This document shows, piece after piece, positions 18,069 to 27,240 of a stretch of 56,477 nucleotides of DNA. The notes below the pieces were generated by a model. It was not told where the DNA came from. It searched no databases and was given only the letters and a program-made list of their open reading frames with translations. Position numbers and translations under genes: made by a program. The stretch's first letter is position 1. Every line of letters starts with the position of its first letter. The stretch is taken from positions 1 to 56,477 of the forward strand of contig JAZSDT010000043.1 of the NCBI GenBank assembly GCA_045531285.1, read 5' to 3'. The stretch is from Eubacteriales bacterium (GTDB lineage Bacteria; Bacillota; Clostridia; Oscillospirales; SIG627).

Positions 18069-19991
18069 ATGCTTAAGATAAATAAAATTACTTCAAATCA
18101 CACAATAGATTTTGCTTCAGAAGAGCTTAAAAAGTACCTCAGAATGATGATGCCTATGTGCGGAGAAATAGAAATAAACTATGCTCCCGATGCAAAGGAC
18201 GGCTTCAGGCTTGGAGTTATGTCGGATTTCGGACTTGACACCTCCGAGGCTGACGACCTGTATCTTGACGATATTATTCACATTGATTGCGACACGGAGG
18301 GCGGAATTATTGCGGGTAGCAATCCGCGAAGCGTACTTCTTGCCGTGTACAGATATCTGACGGAAAACGGATGCCGTTGGCTTTTTCCCGGTATTGACGG
18401 CGAGATGATTCCCGTAAAGGATATACAGTGCGTTAAGTATCACAAAATGGCATCCTGCCGTTACAGAGGACAGTGCAACGAGGGTGCAGAGGCACAGCAT
18501 CTTATGATGGATGCCATTGACTTCACTCCAAAGATAGGTATGAATATCTTTATGATGGAGTTTGACAATCCAAGGGTATACTATGACTCCTATTACAAGC
18601 ACACTCAGAACAGTACCCGAGAGCCTGAGCCTGTTACCAAACAGACTGTTTTGCAGTGGAAAAGACAGTGTGAGGCAGAGATATCAAAAAGAGGCTTACA
18701 GTTTCACGATATGGGACACGGTTGGACAGTGGCACCCTTTGGAATAGATTCGTCTGAAGCGTGGAACAGCCAAGAGCCTGAAAAGGTACCCGAAAAAGTT
18801 CGCAAATATATTGCTCAAACCGATGGTAAGCGCGATTTGTTTAAGGGTATATCTATCAATACCAACTTCTGTATGTCAAATTCCGAGGCAAGAGGAATCG
18901 TTGCAAGGTATATTGCCGACTACGCTCAGCGCGCAACAAACGTTGATTATCTTCACGTGTGGCTTGCGGACGGCTCGAACAATCATTGCGAATGTGACGA
19001 ATGCCGTAAGAAAATACCGTCCGATTGGTATATGATGCTGATGAACGATATCGACCAAGAGCTGACAGCCAGAGGACTTAATACAAGAATAGTGTTTATT
19101 TGCTACGTTGACACGACTTGGGCACCGGAAACGGTGACTGTTAAAAACCCCGACCGTTTTTCACTTTTGCTTGCCGCTATATCAAGAGATTATACCGAGC
19201 ACGTAAAAATGAATCTGGATACCTCGAAGATTGAGCTCAAGGAATTCAGTCTTAATAAAAACAAGCTTCCTGGAAGCGTAAACGAGTATATTGCTCATGC
19301 TAAGAGATGGCAGGAAAAATGCAAGGTAAAAACCTTTGTATACGAATACCACTACTGGAAGGCGCAGTACAGAGACCTTGGAGTTATTGATGCCGCGAGA
19401 ATAATATGCAACGATATTAAGGGGTATAAATCAAATGGCTGCGACGGCGTTGTTGAGGACGGCTCCCAGAGAAGCTATTTCCCCAACGGATTTTCATTCT
19501 ACACCTATGCTTCAACCTTGTTTGACACCTCTGTTGATTTTGACGAGCTGAAAAAAGACTATTTCAGCCACGCATACGGTGAGGATTGGGAAAGGGTAGT
19601 GGAGTTTTTCACCAATCTTGGTAAGCTTGCCGATTACAGATATTTCAACGGAAAGATGTCTGAGGAAAGCGGCAGACCGTATTACGCACCAAGCCTTACG
19701 GAAAATTTCAAAAAAGCAATTGCTCTCATTGAGGGCTTTAAAGACTTTGTAAAGGAGCATAGGGCAGCCCCTTACAGAGCACAGTCGGTTGCGTATAAGC
19801 TTCTGGGGTATTACCTTGAATACGCTGTGCTTGTGCTCAATGCCGCAATAGACAAGGCTGAGGGCAAAGACGAAAGTGCGCATCAGCGATTTGTGGAGCT
19901 AAAGGAAACCATTGGCAAATACGAGCCTGAAATAGAGCTGTGGTATGACCAATATATGATGCACGTATCACTTTGGCATCTGTTTGGATAA
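18069..19991 (+). CDS. DUF4838-like (GH20-related) putative glycoside hydrolase
   Basis: 640 aa with a GGAGGG RBS. IIAGSNPRSVLLAVYRYLTENGCRWLFPG and HVWLADGSNNHCECDEC are typical of DUF4838 proteins. Confidence 0.6.
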   Translation: MLKINKITSNHTIDFASEELKKYLRMMMPMCGEIEINYAPDAKDGFRLGVMSDFGLDTSEADDLYLDDIIHIDCDTEGGIIAGSNPRSVLLAVYRYLTENGCRWLFPGIDGEMIPVKDIQCVKYHKMASCRYRGQCNEGAEAQHLMMDAIDFTPKIGMNIFMMEFDNPRVYYDSYYKHTQNSTREPEPVTKQTVLQWKRQCEAEISKRGLQFHDMGHGWTVAPFGIDSSEAWNSQEPEKVPEKVRKYIAQTDGKRDLFKGISINTNFCMSNSEARGIVARYIADYAQRATNVDYLHVWLADGSNNHCECDECRKKIPSDWYMMLMNDIDQELTARGLNTRIVFICYVDTTWAPETVTVKNPDRFSLLLAAISRDYTEHVKMNLDTSKIELKEFSLNKNKLPGSVNEYIAHAKRWQEKCKVKTFVYEYHYWKAQYRDLGVIDAARIICNDIKGYKSNGCDGVVEDGSQRSYFPNGFSFYTYASTLFDTSVDFDELKKDYFSHAYGEDWERVVEFFTNLGKLADYRYFNGKMSEESGRPYYAPSLTENFKKAIALIEGFKDFVKEHRAAPYRAQSVAYKLLGYYLEYAVLVLNAAIDKAEGKDESAHQRFVELKETIGKYEPEIELWYDQYMMHVSLWHLFG

Positions 19992-20020
19992 ACGGCAAGG
20001 CTTTTTAAACGTAATTAAAA

Positions 20021-20050
20021 GGAAAGAGAATTTGTTCTCTTTCCTTTTTA
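20021..20050. terminator. bidirectional terminator between the DUF4838-like and LysR genes
   Basis: GGAAAGAGAA-tttg-TTCTCTTTCC, flanked by A and T runs. Confidence 0.8.
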
Positions 20051-20072
20051 CATTATATGGAATTTTCGCCAA

Positions 20073-20891
20073 CTACGTCGATAGGTGGGCAAAAAATTTG
20101 GAAAACTCTGTAATCAAGCGTGCCTTGGGCGAATGCTTTTTGTAGCTCAGACCCAGTGTACGTGTCAGCGGCGGCTGAATGGGAAGTATTTCCACTCCGT
20201 CGCTTTCGACTACCGACAGCCGTGGGAGAATTGCAACTCCCATTTCTGCCTTTACCATTTGAATGATTGAGCTGTCGTCGTGTGCATTTATTACCGTAGT
20301 GCCGTTAAAATTGTTTTTATTTACCAATTGCATTACGGTATATTCATCAGAAACTATAAAGGTTTCGGCGTATTTTTTGTCAAATCGGAATTCCTTATCA
20401 AAGGTGTGACCCTTTGGAAAAACCGCTTGGTATGGGTCGGTCATTACCTCTAACCAGACGTATTCTTTGGATTGCAAGCACGTGCCGAACAGTACGTCAA
20501 TATCCTTGTCAAGCAGCTGCGAGAGTGAGTTGACTACCGTGATATCCACCTGTACGTCGGGGTGTGCCTTGCGGTAGCTTTTTATTATACTTGGCAACAG
20601 GTATTTCGATACGCTGGAATAAGTACCCACTGACAAGCGCTTTTCGTTTTTTGCAAGGGATTGTATATAGTTCTTTGTTTCGCATATTTTTTGCAGTGCT
20701 TTCACTACCTCAACGTTGTCTGCCTCTATTCCGCTGTGAGTACGTTTTATGAATTTTATTCCGATTTCAGATTCCAGCGAAGTGGCTATATGAGAAAGTG
20801 CCGAGGGGGTATAAGAGTATTTTTCCGCCGCTTTTGAAAACGAACCCATTTTCAGTGCACAAAGTATAACTTCTATTTTGTTTATATCCAT
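20073..20891 (-). CDS. LysR-family transcriptional regulator
   Basis: The start was moved to ATG 20891 (GAGG RBS). The HTH region is FSKAAEKYSYTPSALSHIATSLE. It is divergent from the DMT transporter gene. Confidence 0.85.
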   Translation of the reverse strand: MDINKIEVILCALKMGSFSKAAEKYSYTPSALSHIATSLESEIGIKFIKRTHSGIEADNVEVVKALQKICETKNYIQSLAKNEKRLSVGTYSSVSKYLLPSIIKSYRKAHPDVQVDITVVNSLSQLLDKDIDVLFGTCLQSKEYVWLEVMTDPYQAVFPKGHTFDKEFRFDKKYAETFIVSDEYTVMQLVNKNNFNGTTVINAHDDSSIIQMVKAEMGVAILPRLSVVESDGVEILPIQPPLTRTLGLSYKKHSPKARLITEFSKFFAHLST

Positions 20892-20903
20892 AATTGCCTC
20901 GTG

Positions 20904-20932
20904 TTGAAAATTTTTCACATCCATATTATAAA
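20904..20932 (+). promoter_or_regulatory. sigma-A promoter of the DMT transporter gene, overlapping the LysR start region
   Basis: TTGAAA (20904-20909), 17-nt spacer, TATAAA (20927-20932). Confidence 0.5.
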
Positions 20933-20999
20933 GCTTATCTTCACAATTGTCAAGAAAAGTGATATTATATGTAACAGTGATTTTTTCGGAGGCGATATA

Positions 21000-21869
21000 A
21001 TGAAGAATAAAAAGCTTGCTTCGTATTTAGGACTGTTTTTCGTGGTGTTTGTATGGGGTCTGGCTCCGCTGGTTACCTACGAAATTCAAAAATATTACTC
21101 CCCAACCTTCAAAACGGCTTTTTCCGAGCTGATACTTATTATTGTATATTTGATGATGTCGGTGAAGCATTTTAAGGAATTCAGCTTCGATTATATCAAG
21201 GTAGGTGTTCCCACAGGTTTTTTTCTTGCACTTGCCAATATAAGTCAAAAAATCGGTCTTTTGTACACTACTCCCGCAAAATACGCATTTCTTGAGAACC
21301 TTTCTTGCGTTGCTGTTCCAATACTTATGTTTTTTCTGGTAAAGAAAAAAATAAAGTTCTTCACTGTTATTTCTTCCGTGCTGTGCCTTGCCGGTGTTTT
21401 TGTGCTCAACGGGGTCTCTTTTGACGGAGGCTGGGGGATAGGAGAGCTTTTGTGTGCTTTGTCGGGCATACTTTATGGCGTCAATATTGCCGGAACGGGT
21501 GCGTTTGCAAAGAAGTTTTACGTGCCGATGTATCTTGCGGTACAAAGTGTTGTGGGACTTATTTCCGGACTGTCCATTTCCTTTGTCCTCGATGCAACGG
21601 GAATAGAAAAAATAGTGTTCCCGATAACTCCAAAGCTTATCGGTGTCCTTATATTGATAGCGGTAGTGTCCTCCGCTTTGTGTTGGACTATAAGAACCAA
21701 TGCAATGAAGTACATTTCTCCTTCTACCGTTGCCGTTATAATGCCGTTTTCTGCCGTCATAACTACAGTGCTGTCCATATTGTGGGGTCTGGATTCGTTG
21801 ACTGTAGGTATAGCTGTCGGCGGTATTATGGTTGTTGCAGCTATAATAATTTCATCCTTTGATGATTAG
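21000..21869 (+). CDS. DMT-superfamily (EamA-like) transporter
   Basis: The start was moved to ATG 21000 (GGAGG RBS). About 10 TM segments. The track's N-terminal extension overlaps the LysR promoter and start. Confidence 0.8.
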   Translation: MKNKKLASYLGLFFVVFVWGLAPLVTYEIQKYYSPTFKTAFSELILIIVYLMMSVKHFKEFSFDYIKVGVPTGFFLALANISQKIGLLYTTPAKYAFLENLSCVAVPILMFFLVKKKIKFFTVISSVLCLAGVFVLNGVSFDGGWGIGELLCALSGILYGVNIAGTGAFAKKFYVPMYLAVQSVVGLISGLSISFVLDATGIEKIVFPITPKLIGVLILIAVVSSALCWTIRTNAMKYISPSTVAVIMPFSAVITTVLSILWGLDSLTVGIAVGGIMVVAAIIISSFDD

Positions 21870-21930
21870 CGGCTAGCAGCCGAGGCAAATCTCGCCTATC
21901 ACAACTGTATGCAATTTTAGACTATAACGA
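21867..21930 (+). repeat. intergenic structured repeat, copy 7 (short form)
   Basis: taGCGGCTAGCAGCCGaGGCAAATCTCGCCTATC...TGCAATTTTAGACTATA. It lacks the GGCGAGG arm and starts in the DMT gene stop codon. Confidence 0.7.
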
Positions 21931-21938
21931 ACAAAAAA

Positions 21939-21970
21939 ACGCAACGGATAAACCGTTGCGTTTTATTTCT
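21939..21970. terminator. bidirectional terminator between the DMT gene and tsf
   Basis: CGCAACGG-ataaa-CCGTTGCG, with A7 upstream and a T-run downstream. Confidence 0.75.
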
Positions 21971-22076
21971 TTATAGGAAATTTTTCGATTATTACGCCCT
22001 CGCCGTTTCACTTTTTTGAACATATGCAAAGTTTAGGATAGGCGAGCATTGCCAGCGGCTGCTAGCCGCTTTTTTT
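21971..22076 (-). repeat. intergenic structured repeat, copy 8 (arm subtype b)
   Basis: TATAGGAAATTTTTCGATTATTACGCCCTCGCCG...GATAGGCGAGCATTGCCAGCGGCTGCTAGCCGCTTTTTTT. Confidence 0.9.
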
Positions 22077-22181
22077 GTATACTAGGAAATTGCATTAAAT
22101 CAACCTCGCCGTTTCACTTTTTTGAACGTATGCAAAGCTTTGGATAGGCGAGCATTGCCAGCGGCTGCTAGCCGCTTTTTT
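22077..22181 (-). repeat. intergenic structured repeat, copy 9 (arm subtype a)
   Basis: TATACTAGGAAATTGCATTAAATCAACCTCGCCG...GATAGGCGAGCATTGCCAGCGGCTGCTAGCCGCTTTTTT. It ends 7 nt from the tsf stop. Confidence 0.9.
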
Positions 22182-22188
22182 GGAATTA

Positions 22189-23115
22189 TTAGTTGCCTGC
22201 GAGCTGCTTAGCAATCTCTTCTGCGAAGTTTTCTTCTCTCTTTTCGAGACCTTCGCCCTTTTCGTACATAAGGAATGCTTCTACCTTAACGTCAGCGCCA
22301 AGCTCCTTAGCTACGCTTGCAAGGTACTGTTCAACAGTGAACTTTTCTTCCTTAACGTACTCCTGAAGGAGAAGACAGTTGGTAGAATAGTACTTGCCAA
22401 TCTTACCCATTGCCATCTTTTCGATGATGTTGTCGGGCTTGTTAGCATTCTTTTCGTCGTTTTTGATCTGAGCCATGATGATTTCCATCTCAGCCTTGAT
22501 AACGTCAGCAGGAACTGAATCCTTGTCAAGATATGAGGGCTTCATAGCTGCAATCTGGAGAGCTACGTTCTTAGCAGCTTCCTTGAATTCAGCCTTGTCA
22601 GCAGCAGCGCTGTCTGCCATCTTAACCATAACACCGATAGTACCCTTACCATGAATGTAAGAAGCAATTACACCGTCGATTGTAACGAATCTTCTTATGT
22701 TGATGTTTTCACCGATCTCAAATACCTTGTTCTTGAGAGCTGTCTCAACGTTTTGCTCTGCATCGAAGGGAAGAGCAAGAAGAGCTGCAACGTCAGCGGG
22801 CTTCTTGTCAAGGATTATCTTAAGAAGATCCTTAACGAAGGTTCCGAATACTGCGTTTGAAGCAGCAAAGTCTGTTTCGATGTTTACTTCGATCATAGCG
22901 GCAGTCTTTGTAGCCTCGTCGTACATAATGTCAACGATACCCTCTGCTGCAATTCTTGATGACTTCTTGTCAGCAACTGCAAGTCCCTTCTCACGAAGGA
23001 TCTTTATTGCTTCTTCTTCGTTTCCGTCAGCCTCTGTGAGTGCCTTCTTGCACTCCATCATGCCAAGACCTGTCTTAGCTCTGAGGTCTGCAACCTGTTT
23101 AGCTGTAATAGGCAT
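22189..23115 (-). CDS. tsf: translation elongation factor Ts
   Basis: ITAKQVADLRAKTGLGMMECKKAL UBA-like N-terminus. Lies downstream of rpsB. Confidence 0.95.
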   Translation of the reverse strand: MPITAKQVADLRAKTGLGMMECKKALTEADGNEEEAIKILREKGLAVADKKSSRIAAEGIVDIMYDEATKTAAMIEVNIETDFAASNAVFGTFVKDLLKIILDKKPADVAALLALPFDAEQNVETALKNKVFEIGENINIRRFVTIDGVIASYIHGKGTIGVMVKMADSAAADKAEFKEAAKNVALQIAAMKPSYLDKDSVPADVIKAEMEIIMAQIKNDEKNANKPDNIIEKMAMGKIGKYYSTNCLLLQEYVKEEKFTVEQYLASVAKELGADVKVEAFLMYEKGEGLEKREENFAEEIAKQLAGN

Positions 23116-23163
23116 AAATTTATACCGTTTACCGCATTGCGGTAAAGTATCCTTTCTTTAAAA

Positions 23164-23907
23164 TTATTCTTCTGTTGTTTCCTCTTCGGAAGCTTCCTCA
23201 GCCTCTGCGGCAGCCTCTACCTGCTCGCCCTGATGTCCTTCGATAACAGCGTTAGCCATTACAGAAGAGATGAGCTTGATAGCGCGGATAGCGTCGTCGT
23301 TGCCGGGGATAACGTAGTCGATATCGTCGGGATCGCAGTTTGTATCAACAATAGCAACGATCGGAATACCGAGCTTCTTAGCTTCTGCTACAGCATTAGC
23401 TTCTTTGCGGGGGTCAACAATGAAAATAGCATCGGGGATACCGCCCATTTCCTTGATACCGCCAAGGTTCTTTTCAAGGGTTTCCATTTCCTTTGTGAGT
23501 GCAACAACTTCCTTCTTGGGAAGCTGTGCGAATGTGCCGTCCTCAGCAAACTTGTAAAGTGTGTTGAGTCTTGCGATACTTCTTCTGATTGTCTTGAAGT
23601 TTGTGAGCATACCGCCGGGCCAACGAGCGTTTACGTAGTACATACCTGCTCTGAGCGCCTCATCCTTGATAGCGTCCTGTGCCTGCTTCTTTGTACCTAC
23701 GAAAAGAATGTTACCGCCGTTTTCAGCGATCTCGCGAATGAACATGTACGCTTCTTCAACCTTCTTAACTGTCTTCTGAAGGTCGATGATGTAGATGCCG
23801 TTACGCTCTGTGAAGATGTACTCAGCCATCTTAGGGTTCCATCTTCTTGTCTGATGTCCAAAATGAACACCTGCTTCAAGAAGCTGCTTCATTGAAATTA
23901 CTGACAT
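23164..23907 (-). CDS. rpsB: 30S ribosomal protein S2
   Basis: [22 protein letters not shown] canonical S2 N-terminus, with an acidic C-terminal tail. Confidence 0.95.
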   Translation of the reverse strand: MSVISMKQLLEAGVHFGHQTRRWNPKMAEYIFTERNGIYIIDLQKTVKKVEEAYMFIREIAENGGNILFVGTKKQAQDAIKDEALRAGMYYVNARWPGGMLTNFKTIRRSIARLNTLYKFAEDGTFAQLPKKEVVALTKEMETLEKNLGGIKEMGGIPDAIFIVDPRKEANAVAEAKKLGIPIVAIVDTNCDPDDIDYVIPGNDDAIRAIKLISSVMANAVIEGHQGEQVEAAAEAEEASEEETTEE

Positions 23908-24016
23908 TTTAAATGTCCTCCTTAAAGTTTTTTACCACCACAGAAGCCTGTTTACGGGACACAGCCGAACTGCGAACTGCCGTATTTACACTACTGTGTG
24001 TGTATTTTTGCCGATA

Positions 24017-24045
24017 TAGTATAGCACACACCCTGTTTTTTTGCA
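24017..24045 (-). promoter_or_regulatory. sigma-A promoter of rpsB-tsf
   Basis: Minus strand: TTGCAA (24040-24045), 17-nt spacer, TATACT (24017-22). About 110 nt of 5' UTR. Confidence 0.6.
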
Positions 24046-24083
24046 AGAGTGTGTGCTTTAAAAATGCAATATTTACAAAATGT

Positions 24084-24815
24084 TCACATTTGCTCCAGCG
24101 AATCCAGACGCTTTTCGCAGAAATCGAGGAATTTACCAAATAGATTTGGGTCGATAAACTTGTTTTCACCTGTTTCTCGGAGTATTTTTCCCTTTGCCTC
24201 GGTGTCGTTGTTCCACACGTGGTTTCCGATAAACACGTCTACCTTTTCCTGTCTGAGTCTGTTCAGTGATGCTCTGTAACCCTCTCGGCATTTTTCATAG
24301 TCGAAGCATCCGTCCTTAAGAGTGTTGGCACCTGCTCCTCCGAACATTCCCACACGGTACGAGCCGGAATTAAAGAAGGGGGATATACAGCCCTCGGTGT
24401 GACCGGGAGTGTGCAGAATATCAATAACTGTGTTGCCAAGCGTCACCTTGTCGTTGTCCTTCAGCAATATATCGGGAGTAAAATACTTTGATACCTTCTT
24501 GGCATCGTACTCGCCAATGAGTGTTTTTGCTCCGCTTATTTTTACAAAGCCTGCAGTGGCTTCGGTGTGGTCTCCGTGCCAGTGGGTGTGGAGAATGTAT
24601 TTTACGTCGGTTGGCTTGAAGCCTAGCTTATATATGGAATCTACCAACAAAAACAGGTTGTCCGCATATCCGGTATCGATAAGAATGAGTCCGTCGCTTG
24701 TATCAATAAGGTGGGAAGAGGCTGAAAAGCATCCCACGAAGTATACGTTGTCGGTTATTGCAAAGGGTTCTATTGCCCCGTCATAATGATGCTCAAAGGT
24801 TTTTCTTTCAAACAT
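24084..24815 (-). CDS. MBL-fold metallo-hydrolase
   Basis: HTHWHGDH metal-binding motif. 243 aa. Confidence 0.8.
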   Translation of the reverse strand: MFERKTFEHHYDGAIEPFAITDNVYFVGCFSASSHLIDTSDGLILIDTGYADNLFLLVDSIYKLGFKPTDVKYILHTHWHGDHTEATAGFVKISGAKTLIGEYDAKKVSKYFTPDILLKDNDKVTLGNTVIDILHTPGHTEGCISPFFNSGSYRVGMFGGAGANTLKDGCFDYEKCREGYRASLNRLRQEKVDVFIGNHVWNNDTEAKGKILRETGENKFIDPNLFGKFLDFCEKRLDSLEQM

Positions 24816-24892
24816 TTTTGTTCATCTCCTGTTTTATTTGTATTTCTTCTTACAATTATACAGTTAAATGCTGTTTCTGTCAAGAAAAATGC

Positions 24893-24921
24893 TTTACAAA
24901 CCAAGTGTTTTGTGCTACAAT
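24893..24921 (+). promoter_or_regulatory. sigma-A promoter of the dehydrogenase/beta-helix operon
   Basis: TTTACA, 17-nt spacer, TGcTACAAT extended -10. Confidence 0.55.
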
Positions 24922-24955
24922 AAACTGATTAAATGTTTATTTTGGAGGATTTTAT

Positions 24956-26017
24956 ATGCTTACACATAAGATAGCGGTAATTGCAGGAGACGGAATAGGT
25001 CCCGAGGTAATCGGAGAAGGCGTTAAGGTGCTTGAAAAGGTTGCCGAGCTTGACGGCGGCTTTAAGTTTGAATTTATTTATTTCCCTTGGGGCTGTGAAT
25101 ATTATAAAGAGACAGGCAGAATGATGGCAGAGGGCGGAATCGATGAGCTGAAAAAGTACGATGCTGTGTTCCTCGGCGCAGTAGGTGCACCAGGTGTACC
25201 CGACCACATATCTCTTTGGGATCTGCTTCTGGTTATCAGAAAGAGCTTTGACCAGTATATCAATCTTCGTCCCGTAAAGCTTCTTAAGGGAGCGCCTTGT
25301 CCTCTGAAGGACGTATCTGTTGAAGACGTAAATATGACCTTTGTAAGAGAGAATACCGAGGGCGAGTATGCGGGAAGCGGAAGCTGGCTCTTCCGCGACA
25401 AGCCAAACGAAGTGGTTATTCAGGACGGTGTGTTCTCAAGAGTTGGCTGTGAGAGAGTTATCAGATATGCCTATGAGCTTGCTAAGAAGGAGGGCAAGAG
25501 CCTTACCAGTATTTCTAAGGCTAATGCGCTCAACTATTCAATGGTATTCTGGGATAAGATATTCGCCGAGGTAGGCAAGGAGTATCCCGAGGTTGAGACT
25601 CACTCTTACCTTGTAGATGCCGCAAGTATGTTTATGGTAAAGGACCCCAAGAGATTTGAGATAGTGGTTACCTCGAATCTGTTTGGCGATATTCTTACGG
25701 ACTTGGGTGCCGCAATTGCAGGCGGTATGGGACTTGCCGCAGGTGCAAACCTTAATCCCGAAAGAAAGTTCCCCTCAATGTTTGAGCCGATTCACGGCTC
25801 TGCGCCCGACATTGCAGGCAAGGGCATAGCAAATCCTCTTGCTACCGTGTGGTCGGCTTCGCAGCTGCTGGATTTCTTCGGACACGAGACTTGGGGCAAG
25901 AAGCTTATCGACCTTATAGAAGAATTGCTTGTTGAAGGAAAGACACTTACTCCGGACCTTGGCGGAAAAGCGTCTACCTCAGAGGTGGGAGACGAAATAG
26001 TAAGGAGACTCAAATGA
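24956..26017 (+). CDS. tartrate dehydrogenase / 3-isopropylmalate dehydrogenase family oxidative decarboxylase
   Basis: IAVIAGDGIGPEV N-terminus and NLFGDILTDLGAAIAGGMGLA motif. 353 aa, closest in look to TtuC/D-malate dehydrogenases. Confidence 0.8.
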   Translation: MLTHKIAVIAGDGIGPEVIGEGVKVLEKVAELDGGFKFEFIYFPWGCEYYKETGRMMAEGGIDELKKYDAVFLGAVGAPGVPDHISLWDLLLVIRKSFDQYINLRPVKLLKGAPCPLKDVSVEDVNMTFVRENTEGEYAGSGSWLFRDKPNEVVIQDGVFSRVGCERVIRYAYELAKKEGKSLTSISKANALNYSMVFWDKIFAEVGKEYPEVETHSYLVDAASMFMVKDPKRFEIVVTSNLFGDILTDLGAAIAGGMGLAAGANLNPERKFPSMFEPIHGSAPDIAGKGIANPLATVWSASQLLDFFGHETWGKKLIDLIEELLVEGKTLTPDLGGKASTSEVGDEIVRRLK

Positions 26018-27240
26018 ATTACATTACACCTAACGACGTCGGCATAATTGCCGATACAGATTCCCGCTCTGTGCAAAATGCTGTTGATGCGGCTCGTAAG
26101 CAGGGTTGTTCGGTTTTGATTCCAAGGTATAATCAAAGAAGCGGAGAATGCCTTTGGGTCTTTGATGAGGCTGTATTGCTTCCTTCGGATATTGAAGTTA
26201 TTCTTGACAGTTGTCATATAAGACTTGCTGACGGAATTTACGACAACGTTTTCAGAAATGAAAATATATATGACAGAGAGCGTAATTTTATAAATGTCGG
26301 CAGACAGCACAATATACATATCAGAGGTGTGGGAAATGCTGTTCTCGACGGTGGAAAGCATAACGGACTCCTTGAGCTTAATGCAAGGAAAAAGGGTATA
26401 AGGATGCAGTTTAACAACCTTATACTTCTTCACAACGTTGAAAATTTCACTATCGAAAACCTTGAGCTTATAGAACAGCGCCATTGGGCTGTCAATATAC
26501 TGTTTTGTTCTCACGGCAGAATTGCAGACATCCGCATATACGGAAGAAACAATATACCTAATCAGGATTGTATCGACATTCGTATGGGATGCAGTTACCT
26601 TGTTATAGAAAATATTACAGGTCAGTCGGGGGATGACCTTGTGGCAATAACCACGCAGAGCTCGTCCTTCCCCTACCTTCCTTCCGAGGATTGTGACATT
26701 GACGTGCATCACATTATAATAAGAAATATAGTCGGTACCTCGCGCGCCCAGTCGCTTGTGGCATTGCGCAACCATGACGGCTCAAAGCTGTATGACGTAG
26801 AGGTGAAAAACGTTATTGACACACGTAACGACGATATGAATTGCCATCCCTACGGTGTGCTTCGTGTGGGAGAAAATCTCTATTACAGAGACCGTCCCTC
26901 TCAAATGGGTGAGACGCGTAATATTCACGCCAAGAACGTATTCGCTCAGACTAACGAAACTGTGTGCGTAGGCGCTACCCTCAAGGATTGCACCTTTGAA
27001 AACATTTACATTTCTCATATGGCACACTGTGCTGTGTGTACAGACCACCAGCCTCATCAGGATGGCGGTGTAAAAATGGAAAACGTAACCTTTGACGGCA
27101 TATACGTTAACAGCGACAGAAAGAGCTTTGCTCTTACCAAGTTTGACACAATGAGAGAGGGCGACGGTTTTAAGGACGTAGTTATCAAAAACGTACACGG
27201 AGCCGCTCCTGTGGAAACGGAGGGGATTAAGTATGAATAA
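26014..27240 (+). CDS. pectate-lyase-fold (GH28-like) beta-helix protein, no signal peptide
   Basis: NQDCIDI and SGDDLVAIT resemble the GH28 NTDGID / GDDC-x-AIK catalytic motifs. The N-terminus is of the Pectate_lyase_3 type. ATGA overlap with the upstream gene. Confidence 0.6.
   Translation: MNYITPNDVGIIADTDSRSVQNAVDAARKQGCSVLIPRYNQRSGECLWVFDEAVLLPSDIEVILDSCHIRLADGIYDNVFRNENIYDRERNFINVGRQHNIHIRGVGNAVLDGGKHNGLLELNARKKGIRMQFNNLILLHNVENFTIENLELIEQRHWAVNILFCSHGRIADIRIYGRNNIPNQDCIDIRMGCSYLVIENITGQSGDDLVAITTQSSSFPYLPSEDCDIDVHHIIIRNIVGTSRAQSLVALRNHDGSKLYDVEVKNVIDTRNDDMNCHPYGVLRVGENLYYRDRPSQMGETRNIHAKNVFAQTNETVCVGATLKDCTFENIYISHMAHCAVCTDHQPHQDGGVKMENVTFDGIYVNSDRKSFALTKFDTMREGDGFKDVVIKNVHGAAPVETEGIKYE

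Noticed and set aside
20901-20999. The N-terminal extension of the DMT transporter ORF, and the MDVKNFQHEAI extension of LysR
   Set aside because: The extensions overlap each other and the divergent promoter. The internal ATGs at 21000 and 20891 have GGAGG and GAGG RBSs and give typical N-termini.
23908-24016. A structured r-protein S2 leader upstream of rpsB
   Set aside because: A ~110-nt 5' UTR exists, but I could not recognise a conserved fold or any known Firmicute S2 leader motif by eye. It is left unannotated.
25792-26775. A 327-aa ORF on the minus strand, antisense to the dehydrogenase and beta-helix genes
   Set aside because: It is entirely a shadow of two well-supported plus-strand genes. 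It has no RBS, no recognisable motifs, and an odd composition.
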